From NCBI GenBank assembly GCA_019828565.1, contig JAHDYR010000062.1, forward strand, positions 421,666-485,665: 64,000 nucleotides of DNA, written 5' to 3'. The DNA comes from Carpediemonas membranifera BICM (taxonomy: Eukaryota; Protista; Fornicata). Position 1 is the first letter of the stretch. Each line of letters starts with the position of its first letter. Shown here in pieces: positions 1 through 9,199 of this stretch. The position numbers and the translations under genes were made by a program. The notes below the pieces were generated by a model, which saw only the letters and a list, made by a program, of their open reading frames with translations, did not search any database and was not told where the DNA came from.

Positions 1-949
1 TGGCCGCACCGATGAGACCAGTGGATATCTCGTCGGAAAAGGAGTCCATGCACACGCTCTCGATGTTGTGCGCCTCGTCTACGATCACCACTGCGCCCTT
101 CAGCGGAATTTTCATGTTATTCCGGATTGCCGGAGTTAAGAGGTAGTTGTATGGCATAAAAACAACATCTGGACAACGTGATACAATCTTACGCGAGATA
201 TACAGCGGGCAGACACCACGTCTGGACCCAAATGACACGAGATCTTCCATGTCGAAGAGACCGGTGCGGCCAGTCGCTTCAGACAAAAACGACTCGGCCT
301 CGGAGTCGAAGTTTTGATCTCTGGCAAACCTGCACTTTCTTTGTACCATCATGGTCCGGCAGGTCATGTCGAGGTTGCCTGCGTCCTTGGCCTTTTGGTT
401 GATACAGAGGTGGGCTCTGGATCCCATGATGCCCATGGACACCGGCCGCTTCAGCCGCAGCTTGTGGAGCTCGGCCATCACCTGCTTGAGTTGGGAGTGG
501 GTGCGTGAAGCATATACAACCATTGGTGCCTTGCGGCCAAACGCCTGTGCAAGATCCTCGCCCCGCTGGCCCGCAGCAGTATGGACAGCGGCAAACTGCC
601 TGGGGTTGGCGGCAGCGTCCTTCAGCTCGTCGCACAGGCCGATGATGGGGGCCCTGGGGTCGAGTTGGACGCCGAACTGATGCTGGTAGGGTGCAGGCTC
701 ATCGCCGCCCTTGAACGACTCAATGTACTCTACTGCGTCGAAATACGCCTGCTGCCAGCCTATAGTGCCTGTTAAAAGACACAGTGTCTTTCCCGTGCCT
801 GTTGGGGACTCGAGGAGAGAGTTCTGGCGGTTATTGAGGCCCTCGATCAGCTTATTGATGTATACAATCTGCACATGATACGGCTTGAACGGGAAGTTCA
901 CAGTAACACCGCGTACCTTCATACTAGTGGTCTCAGCGGCATCATTCAT
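1..949 (-). CDS. RTEL1: XPD-family Fe-S DNA helicase, RTEL1/FANCJ-like (5' part; runs off the window start)
   Basis: Manual translation from the ATG at 949 gives VTVNFPFKPY..Q, LLESPTGTGKTLCLL (Walker A), ASRTHSQL, MPYNYLL and VIVDEAHN (DEAH); start and DEAH codons are in one frame. Not in the ORF track because there is no stop in the window. RTEL1 versus FANCJ is not resolved. Confidence 0.85.
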   Translation of the reverse strand, partial: MNDAAETTSMKVRGVTVNFPFKPYHVQIVYINKLIEGLNNRQNSLLESPTGTGKTLCLLTGTIGWQQAYFDAVEYIESFKGGDEPAPYQHQFGVQLDPRAPIIGLCDELKDAAANPRQFAAVHTAAGQRGEDLAQAFGRKAPMVVYASRTHSQLKQVMAELHKLRLKRPVSMGIMGSRAHLCINQKAKDAGNLDMTCRTMMVQRKCRFARDQNFDSEAESFLSEATGRTGLFDMEDLVSFGSRRGVCPLYISRKIVSRCPDVVFMPYNYLLTPAIRNNMKIPLKGAVVIVDEAHNIESVCMDSFSDEISTGLIGAA

Positions 950-1053
950 CTGAAATGACGCCGGCGCGCTTTAAGCCAAAATGAAGTCGTCAAACTCATC
1001 CCACCCCTAATCAACACGCCGCACACACTACCGGCTTATGATTCACCATATGT

Positions 1054-2008
1054 TCAAAGGGCATCCACGATGGCCTCAGCAAGACCCTGCATATCATCGA
1101 CGGTGCCCCTATCCAACATGCGGAGCCCAGGATGCCTTGCCTCATGCGGCACGATCTCCACCAGAGCCCCAGCTAGAGGCCCGATGGCTTTGACGAGCAT
1201 GACGTCGTTGTCAGTCTCGAGGGGGAGGGCTCCGAGAAGATTCGACATGTACATGCCTGCCAGCATCTGACACACCTCAGAGTCGGCAATAAAACGCTTC
1301 ATTGATGTAGCCACGGAAAGCATGTGGCCAACGAGGGTGGCGGGGCGGCCAGCAGAGGCGACCTTGAGAGCCTCGCGGTAGATGTCGTGCGAAGGGGTAG
1401 AGGCGACGATGGTGGTGATGCCCTGGTTCAGCATATCGATGTTGACGACGCTCTTGTCCGAGAGATCCTGTTCTTCCATCCACTCCCGCGTGGCAGCCAG
1501 GGCATCGGCCCAGATGGCGGGGACGGCCTCGAGAACAGCGGTAGTGACTGCCTTGCGGTAGTTGTCCACAGCTGCGTCGGTGGGCACGCGCCGGGAGCGC
1601 ATGGATGAACGCTGGACGAGGTCGGCAACCCGGATCCAGGCGAAGGCGTCGCCGATTGCCGCAATTGTCCCGCTAGCACGCGCAATGTTCCTGGTAACGA
1701 TCTCCTTGCGCAGTGCGTCCTTGGCATCCTGCTCCATGGCCTTGTACTCCGCAGACTTGGCCTGGTTGACGAGGGCGTCAACTTCAGAGGCGGTCTTCAC
1801 GGCTTCAAGGAGGGAGAGGAAGACTTTCTCAGTGAAAAATGGGGCAAGGGCTTGCGAGGAGGCGTTCTTGAGGTTTGCTCGGATCATTTCATCGCGGTGT
1901 TGCTGCTCACACAGTATCCAGGTACTTCTTGAGCGCAAAGGCGGAGCCAGCGGCTACTGCAGTGCCAGCAGCTACTGTCCCAAGCACGATCTTCTTATTC
2001 ATCCTCAT
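1054..2008 (-). CDS. Putative peroxin Pex3-like membrane protein (N-terminal segment and main ORF differ by one frame near 1910)
   Basis: MRMNKKIVLGTVAAGTAVAAGSAFALKKYLD (basic residues + TM) lies one frame off the 294-aa helical ORF 1054..1938. The joined layout resembles Pex3 by eye only. Confidence 0.4.
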
Positions 2009-2220
2009 ATGGCCAAATCGCTGGTGTTCTCCCTGTGCGACTTGCCTCGACTCCAAACACCGTCGCCTGTCGGACTGAGAAGCCGACTATGCTTCATGCG
2101 CCCATTGTTTAGCGGCCATGGTGCTCTGTGGCATGTGGGCTAGGTCAAGACACCGATTCTCGAGTCCGAGTCGATTCGTGACTCTTACGAAATTCCGTGT
2201 GATTTGCTTAAGCACGAAGT

Positions 2221-2865
2221 TTACTCCTTAGCCTCGGCCTCATGAGCAATATTCGCATCCTCTAGCTCCCCCGCAAGTTTCGCGGCCTTCTGCTGCTGCT
2301 TGAGCGCGGCCTTGGCCTTCCTGTTTGCCTCAATCTGAGCCTGCTTCTCAAGCTGCCTGAAGTACTTCTCGACGTTTTTCTGGCCGACCCTAGAATACAT
2401 GGAGGACTCGAGATACTCCGACTTGCGGGAGTCGATCTCGATTGTGCAAGGCCCGTCGTTGACGATCATAACATTCATGTCGGCGCCAAACCTGCCGGTG
2501 GCCACGTTATCACCGTGGATCTTCTTCACCTGCTCCACGAGCTGGTTGAACATGCCCCCGCTGAGTGATCCATCGAGGGCATCGTGGTAGTCGGGTCGGT
2601 TGCCCTTGAGCTGGGCGCAGAGGGTGAACTGGCTGACAAGAAGGATGCCGCCGCCGACATCCTTGGTAGACTTTGTCCACGGATTCCCCTCTGAATCGTC
2701 GAATAGACGAATCCCGGCGATCTTCTTGGCCATATAGTCCAGATCAAGCGGAATATCATCACGTGTGATGCCTACGAGCACGCAGAGGCCCTTCCCAATC
2801 TCTCCAACAACATCGTCATCAACAATCACTGAGGCTCGCTTCACACGCTGGATAATCGCTCTCAT
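2221..2865 (-). CDS. DTD1: D-aminoacyl-tRNA deacylase
   Basis: MRAIIQRV start, SQFTL motif, GRFGADM, NDGP.T. Confidence 0.95.
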   Translation of the reverse strand: MRAIIQRVKRASVIVDDDVVGEIGKGLCVLVGITRDDIPLDLDYMAKKIAGIRLFDDSEGNPWTKSTKDVGGGILLVSQFTLCAQLKGNRPDYHDALDGSLSGGMFNQLVEQVKKIHGDNVATGRFGADMNVMIVNDGPCTIEIDSRKSEYLESSMYSRVGQKNVEKYFRQLEKQAQIEANRKAKAALKQQQKAAKLAGELEDANIAHEAEAKE

Positions 2866-2941
2866 CCCAGTTTTCACGCAAGCCTTTACGTGTTACATGT
2901 CTAGACCCGCCGCTGGTTTATAATAGATCCCAATCCAACCC

Positions 2942-4278
2942 TCACCCCTGCTCGACAAACTCCTTCATCCGCAGCCCCTGCCGGTCCTCAGCGTCCATCG
3001 TCCGGCTCAGGTCAGCCTCCGTCTGACTCACCCTGATGTTCCCAGCTCCGTCCTCAGCCATGTCGATGTCCGCCTGGAGGTCGCACTCCTGGGGCTTCGG
3101 CATCACTGCCAGACCCACGCCGGGAGCGGGGGCGAGGCTGTGGAGTTGCTCGTGAATCTTTTGGTAAATCTTTTCGAGATCGCGTTTTGAGTTCAGATTC
3201 TGTTGGTTATTCTTGACTAGATTCAGGCTGTAGTCAGGCGCGTAGTACTCATAGAAGCGGTGGTGGGGCACCTCCTCGGGCAGACTGGAGCCCACGCATA
3301 AAGCAGTCTCATAAGCCCAGCAGCGGGCGACGTTTCTGAGCGTGTAGCCGCCCCCGCCGAGCACCATGAGCGGCAGGCCGAGGGACTTGACGAAATCCAC
3401 GCACTCGCCATGTCCGCCGATGGTCAGGTTGAAGCAACCGAGCCTGTCGTTCGCGAGGGAGTCGGCACCGCACTGAAGCACGATGGCGCCGGGCCTGAAG
3501 TGCTCCATGACGTCTCTGATGACGGCCTTGAACAGCGTGGTGTAGCTTTCGTCGTCCATGCCGTCGTTGAGCGGCACGTTCATTGCGTACCCGCTTCCGC
3601 CCTCCGCGCCGACATCGCCCAAATCACCCGTGCCCGGGAAGAAGGAGTTGCCGTGCTTGTGGAAGGAGACTGTCATGACCCTGTCCGTGGTGTAGAAGGC
3701 CTCTTCTACGCCGTCGCCGTGGTGGATGTCGATGTCGATGTAGAGCACACGAGCATGGACCTTGAGAAGCTCCAGGATGCCCAGTACAATGTCATTAGCG
3801 TAGCAGAATCCACTGGCCTCGTTCCTCTTGGCGTGGTGCATGCCGCCCATCCAATTGACGGCAATGTCGGAGTGCCCTGCATTAAGATGGGCCGCGCCAG
3901 TCACACTGCCGCCACAGGACCGCTGGCAGTACGGGAAGATGCCTACGAACGGCGGACAGTCCTCGCCGATGGAGAAGTTGTTGGTCTCCTCCTGCGTGAT
4001 GGTAGCGTCACTCGGGGACACCTGTTGCAGGAAAGCAATGTCTGCATGAGTGAAAAGAGGATGTACAAACAATCATCAGTGTGGAACTTGGTCATCTCAA
4101 TGTTGGATAGAAGCCTGGGATTGTAAATAGACATGCGCTCTTGGAGACCGTAGTTGAGGATTAATTCCCACGTCATGTTGGCGCGGAACGGCTTCATGGC
4201 ATGCTCGGGCCCGAAGTAGTACTGTCCGAAGTCTGGATCAAGAAAATACGACACAGAGCGCTTGTTACCAGGACTCAT
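2942..4278 (-). CDS. RPD3: Class I histone deacetylase (RPD3/HDAC1-3), join(4071..4278,2942..4041)
   Basis: HAMKP, GEDCP.F, GGMHHAK...[34 protein letters not shown]. Removing the 29-nt intron 4042..4070 (GTTTG...CAG) restores HTDDYIAFL. Confidence 0.95.
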
Positions 4279-4626
4279 ATGTGTCAATCGAACCGACGCG
4301 AATGCTTGCTGGTTAAACTGCACACGGCAGAAATCTTGAGATAGCCAGAAGAGCAGAATGAGAACGAGACCAAAGAAGCATATCCGGCGTATAGAAATCG
4401 GGCCTTGTCTGTGCGAAAGTGTGCTTGCCGTTTCATCTGGTGATTCTTCGCATCCGCTCATACGAGAGTCGCCTGACTGACGGTAACCCCAACACTACTA
4501 GATTGGGGGCACACGGGGTGGGCAGTGGCTTCGGCACATGTGCCTGCCGCCGTAGTCGCCAGCAAGGGCAAGGCGAGGTGCAGTTTTGCGTCCGTCACCA
4601 GACGGCAGCAGGCTACAAGTGAAGCT

Positions 4627-7600
4627 ATGGACGCTTCTTGTGACAAAGGGCATGATCACGCCAGTTATGGACAGAAGAAGGTTGCTGCTGACGACGTAGA
4701 GCGGGAAAGGGACGATGAGAGCGAGGTCACTTCCCTTCTCGGTGATGGGAGTAGTTGCAGCGTCGAAGCGGATAGTTTGGCCACGGATCACGCTGATGTT
4801 ATTCAGCCACACAGTTTGAAACGAACGGCAAACGAGAATCCCGAACTTGAGCGCAACGGCAATGCTTCCTCCTCAGGAGTGGAAGAACAGCGTAACGACG
4901 CGTCTGCCCGGTACCCATCCCCTGTACAACCACCCCCGGCGAATAATCACATATTTTCCCGCGTCATCACTATGCGTCCTATCCCCGCAGGCCTGTTTAG
5001 AGGCGCCGGCCGCCCCGACCCGCCTGAACTCCAGCCCGACCCGCCTAGACCAGAGATAGAATCTCTCAGGGCCCTCTCGCCGCACGGTAAGAACGCTGAA
5101 GGGCACATGAAACACCAGGCCGGCATGGAGGGCCCTGAGGAACCAGACATAGAGGCTGACGCCATCAAGCAGGCTAACAAGGCGCAGCTCAGGGCTCGCG
5201 CACTCAAGCAGGGTCGTCTAGAGGCCGCCACCGCCGTTCTCACTCGCCTGCACACGGCTGGCCGGCCGACCGACTCAGAGACGCTGCTGTCCGGCCGTGT
5301 TAAGTTGCCAACGGTGCTAAATGCCGAGCTACCCAGCCCGCTCGACTACAAGCCGAGGAAGAAAGAGACAGCGAAGGATCGTAACGCTCGGACGGCGGCC
5401 AGACGCATGGTTCTCGAGCAAGACGTCGCGCTGCTGAGAACTGAGGCGGAAAACCTCGACTGTGACATATCTAGGCATCTGTGTCGAATCTGTGTTACTG
5501 TAGGCAAGCCGCTGCATCCCTCTGAACCAAGGACCGATCCAGAAGACGACGAGACCGAGCTTGAGACCGAGTCACGACTCTGGTGGGAGAACGGCAGCCT
5601 ACGGGGCAAGCTAGCCGGGTACGACCACGCCCTCCGCATACTCGGGGCAGACGCCCTGCCCGCCGTGCCCGATGACTTGGGCGATGTGGTGGAAGACAGT
5701 GAGGTGAACGCTCAGAACGGGAAGCTCGCGGTACTGCTGGAGGAGCGGGAGGCAGAGCTCGATAGGGTTCTGGACACGATGCTGTCGCCTCAGGAGGCAG
5801 TGGAGGAAGAAGATCAAGCTGTGGGAAAACACAGTGACATAAGCCACGACGACGACGACGACGTCGAGCAGGAGAAAGGCGATTCGTCCGACCAGGATGC
5901 TGCCAGTGACCTGGAGAGCCCCGCGAAGGCCGCCAGTCCACCCCCGGCCCCGCGCCATCCGATCACACGCGAGTCCATCTCCCCCTTGTTCCCCGGCATC
6001 AGGGCCGCATTTGCCAGATCACAGTCGATTCCATGGATCGTTTATGACTCCCTGACCAAGCCAGACACAGAGGGCGAGGTTACGAGCGAGATAGACCTCC
6101 TAACACACAAGGCCGCCCTGATGAAGCATTGTTCCTGTTTCAAGGGCTTGCTCGACGCACTCAAAATCATCCTTGCCACCTTACAGCCCAAGGCCCGTGC
6201 GACGCCTTGGGATACAATGTCCGAGGACTACATCGCATGGCGGGCAGCGGTAGAGGAGGCCGAGCTCAGTAGGGCCTTAGTAAGTCTGGTGCAGGATAAG
6301 ACAGGGCCGACCGACGGGTCCAAGGAGGAGATGGCCGCTGAAGCAGAGTCATATGACAACATGGTGACCCCCGAGTGGCTCAGAGGTCAGCTCGCGGCCT
6401 TTGACGCGGTCATCTTCCTTGCCCGGTCTGGCCCGCTCTCCTCGGTCCCTGAGAACCCAGCCCGGTGGGCTGACGCCCTGTCCCAGCGGGTATCAACCTT
6501 CGAGCGGACGTTCCGGCCAAGGGCCAAGCGGCAGATGCCACGCCAGCCCAGCCCGCTCGACCGGGTTGGGTCGATGCAGTCGGTCAGTTTCGACGTCCCC
6601 CCGCCTCCGGAACTCGTGGTACCCCGCAAGGCCCGTATCACAGACCTACTTGCCCGCAAAGAGACGCTGATGAAGGAGTTTGCAGCCAAGGCCGCCCGAC
6701 TCACGGCGTCGCAGGAGATCCACGCCATGTTCGTCGAGAGGGGATACTGCCCGGAGTACAAGTACTATACCATGCCTGAAGTTGGAATCCCCACGATGTT
6801 GGACTTCGAAGTCATCGAGGACGGGTGCCCTTCCCGCATCCGCCGCGCCTCCCGTGACAAAGGGGAGAAAAAGACGAAGATCCTAAGATACCACCTGGCT
6901 GCCCTCCACAACGTTGGTCTGGCGCTCGACCAGCATCTTACGGTTGTCGAGGGTCTAATGGCCGGCCACAGGCAGAAGGAGCTGGGTCGTGTGCCAGACT
7001 ACAGTCGCCCTGACTTCGAATTTATGGAGCATCCCATTGCTCATAGGGCGACAGCGATGGCTAAGGCACGCGAGGTTCAGTTCGGTAACCGTCTCTTGAA
7101 CCAGCAGCTGAGGGGTCGGATTGCTGCTTTCGACGCGGCGCTGGCACTATATGATGTCACACTTGACGAGCTCCCAGACGCCCCTATCAGGCCTGAAGTC
7201 GAGGTGACAGAGGAGAATGCTGAGAGTGCGAAATACGGTAAGACCTCAGAACGGATTCGGAAACAGATATCTAGGAGACGCGGCAGGGCGGTTGAGGCGG
7301 AGAACGCGGCCCTCATTGACCAGAATGAGATGCTCGAGGGCATCCTGGCCGTCCGGGTCAGCACGCTCGAGCAGGCCCTGGTAAGGCCCCCCATACGGCA
7401 AGTCGTCCACAGCCCTGCCGGAGACCAGCCAGTTCATAAGTGGCGCGGCAATGAACGCGAGGGGGTGGGACTCAAACCCTTGGCTTTCGAGTTCGGGGCA
7501 TACGCGTTGGAGGTCAAGCGAGCGAGGCACGAGGAGGTTGAGGATTCGCCGAAGTTCATTGATTTCTTCGAGATCGCGGCAAAAAGAGGGGCCGGGGAGC

Positions 7601-7662
7601 AAGAGGAGGTGTCTGATGATGTGATCGCCATTCTTGTGGGGATGCACGATCAAAGCCAGTGA
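4627..7662 (+). CDS. Hypothetical ~1010-aa protein with three internal copies of an LRGxLAxxDxA motif
   Basis: Long uninterrupted ORF; repeats LRGKLAGYDHAL, LRGQLAAFDAVI and LRGRIAAFDAAL. Start codon uncertain. Confidence 0.7.
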   Translation: MDASCDKGHDHASYGQKKVAADDVERERDDESEVTSLLGDGSSCSVEADSLATDHADVIQPHSLKRTANENPELERNGNASSSGVEEQRNDASARYPSPVQPPPANNHIFSRVITMRPIPAGLFRGAGRPDPPELQPDPPRPEIESLRALSPHGKNAEGHMKHQAGMEGPEEPDIEADAIKQANKAQLRARALKQGRLEAATAVLTRLHTAGRPTDSETLLSGRVKLPTVLNAELPSPLDYKPRKKETAKDRNARTAARRMVLEQDVALLRTEAENLDCDISRHLCRICVTVGKPLHPSEPRTDPEDDETELETESRLWWENGSLRGKLAGYDHALRILGADALPAVPDDLGDVVEDSEVNAQNGKLAVLLEEREAELDRVLDTMLSPQEAVEEEDQAVGKHSDISHDDDDDVEQEKGDSSDQDAASDLESPAKAASPPPAPRHPITRESISPLFPGIRAAFARSQSIPWIVYDSLTKPDTEGEVTSEIDLLTHKAALMKHCSCFKGLLDALKIILATLQPKARATPWDTMSEDYIAWRAAVEEAELSRALVSLVQDKTGPTDGSKEEMAAEAESYDNMVTPEWLRGQLAAFDAVIFLARSGPLSSVPENPARWADALSQRVSTFERTFRPRAKRQMPRQPSPLDRVGSMQSVSFDVPPPPELVVPRKARITDLLARKETLMKEFAAKAARLTASQEIHAMFVERGYCPEYKYYTMPEVGIPTMLDFEVIEDGCPSRIRRASRDKGEKKTKILRYHLAALHNVGLALDQHLTVVEGLMAGHRQKELGRVPDYSRPDFEFMEHPIAHRATAMAKAREVQFGNRLLNQQLRGRIAAFDAALALYDVTLDELPDAPIRPEVEVTEENAESAKYGKTSERIRKQISRRRGRAVEAENAALIDQNEMLEGILAVRVSTLEQALVRPPIRQVVHSPAGDQPVHKWRGNEREGVGLKPLAFEFGAYALEVKRARHEEVEDSPKFIDFFEIAAKRGAGEQEEVSDDVIAILVGMHDQSQ

Positions 7663-7817
7663 TGCCGCCTTGACATATTGTCTTGGTGTCTTGTGTAATC
7701 ATTTTATTGTGTAAAACAGATTGGATACGATTGCTTTCATGCTTTGGATGAAGCAGACGTCATGCATGGACCGAACCGGACTGGAGCTTGCAGGAGACTC
7801 AGAGCAGGTCAACGGGG

Positions 7818-8363
7818 TCAACCCGACTCAGTCTCTTTCGCCAGCTCCACAATAACGTCAGGGAGCTCGGTATTGCCCACTCGTCTGTGTGGCTTGGGTG
7901 CCTTCTCATTCCCGCGGACATAGAATGCTCGCAGAAGCTGGATGGCCTCCTCACCGAGGACGCCCGCCTTGCAAGTGTAGGCGGGCGGATCGACGTCCGC
8001 AGGCAGGTCAAAGACTGAGCCACAGCCTCCAAACTTGGCGTTTGGGGCACCGAAGACGCAGCGGGAGAGTTTGAGATGCATGAGAGCAGAGGCGCACATC
8101 ACACACGGTTCAATCGTGACGTAGAGCGTGCATCCCTCCAGTGTGGGCACAGACGGTGGTAATGAGTCTATTGCAACAAACTCTGCATGCCTAGTGGCGT
8201 TCATTGTCGCATTTGTGTCGTTATGGGCCCGGCTAACGATTTCTCCATCTCGCACAATCACACAGCCGACAGGAACCTCCCCTTCGTTGAATGCGGCAGC
8301 AGCTGTACGCAACGCCTCACGCATGAAGCGAAAATCCTCTGCATCAGAGCTGGCGGCTTCCAT
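7818..8363 (-). CDS. ADAT2: tRNA-specific adenosine-34 deaminase catalytic subunit
   Basis: EVPVGCV, HAE and EPCVMC zinc motifs, FGGCGS, FY.RGN.KAP. Confidence 0.92.
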   Translation of the reverse strand: MEAASSDAEDFRFMREALRTAAAAFNEGEVPVGCVIVRDGEIVSRAHNDTNATMNATRHAEFVAIDSLPPSVPTLEGCTLYVTIEPCVMCASALMHLKLSRCVFGAPNAKFGGCGSVFDLPADVDPPAYTCKAGVLGEEAIQLLRAFYVRGNEKAPKPHRRVGNTELPDVIVELAKETESG

Positions 8364-8668
8364 CAGTGTGACTTGCTGAAATATGCGTACATGCAGAAGA
8401 AGAGAACAAGGTCCCTGTCGTCCTCAGAACCTCGAGGAAGCGAGTCCCAACGCTATGTCGATGCAAATGCACTCATAAACATGTTTGTTTTGACCCACCA
8501 CATTGCTTTCGGTCATTCTTTCCAAGGCCAACTCACTCGCGAGTCGGTCTTGAGTCCTTGAGTCACCCTTGCCGCAGCCATCCGTACTGTGCTTTACTAC
8601 ATATCCGTCACTACTTTCAAAGGCAAGTCATCGCGATAGATGCTCATGGCATAGTTGCCTTGACCGAC

Positions 8669-9079
8669 TCACTGAGCAAGAGCAGCCCAGGGATCCTCCT
8701 TGAACCGCTCCAGGTTCGCCGCTGCCTCCTCTACGGCGGCTGCACTGATCTGCTGGCGGGCGCGGAGCTTCTTCTCCTTGCCTTTGTTCCGCTCCAACTG
8801 CTCCTGGTCTCTTTGGCGGATGTCAGTGATGATGTCGCCAAGATCCATGGCCATACGCCTGCCGATGTCCTTTGTCTTGTCATTCTCAGCGTCCTTTGCG
8901 CGTTTTTCGAGCTTTTTGAGGAGCTTTTGCTGTCTCTCTTTCTGATCGACCTTCCCGCGCTCTATGTGACAGTTATAAGAAGTTAACGTACTCTTAGCAA
9001 TAGAACCACTTCCAATAGCCTTGTTCGCGGCCTTGCGGGCCTTCTCCTTCATGCGGGGCGCCATCTGAACAGAACTCAT
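8669..9079 (-). CDS. Small basic protein, possibly SLX9/FAM207A-like ribosome biogenesis factor
   Basis: K/R-rich helical ORF ending in RFKEDPWAAL; the family resemblance is weak. Confidence 0.45.
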   Translation of the reverse strand: MSSVQMAPRMKEKARKAANKAIGSGSIAKSTLTSYNCHIERGKVDQKERQQKLLKKLEKRAKDAENDKTKDIGRRMAMDLGDIITDIRQRDQEQLERNKGKEKKLRARQQISAAAVEEAAANLERFKEDPWAALAQ

Positions 9080-9199
9080 TTTATGAAGTCGTCATTTGCT
9101 CCAGTCGAAGTCGCCCAAATAGCCACTGCAGATCGAGCGTGCATGAACTGTTGCCAGTCCAACCGACACTTTTCCATCGAATCGAGTCGGCTCATCCTC

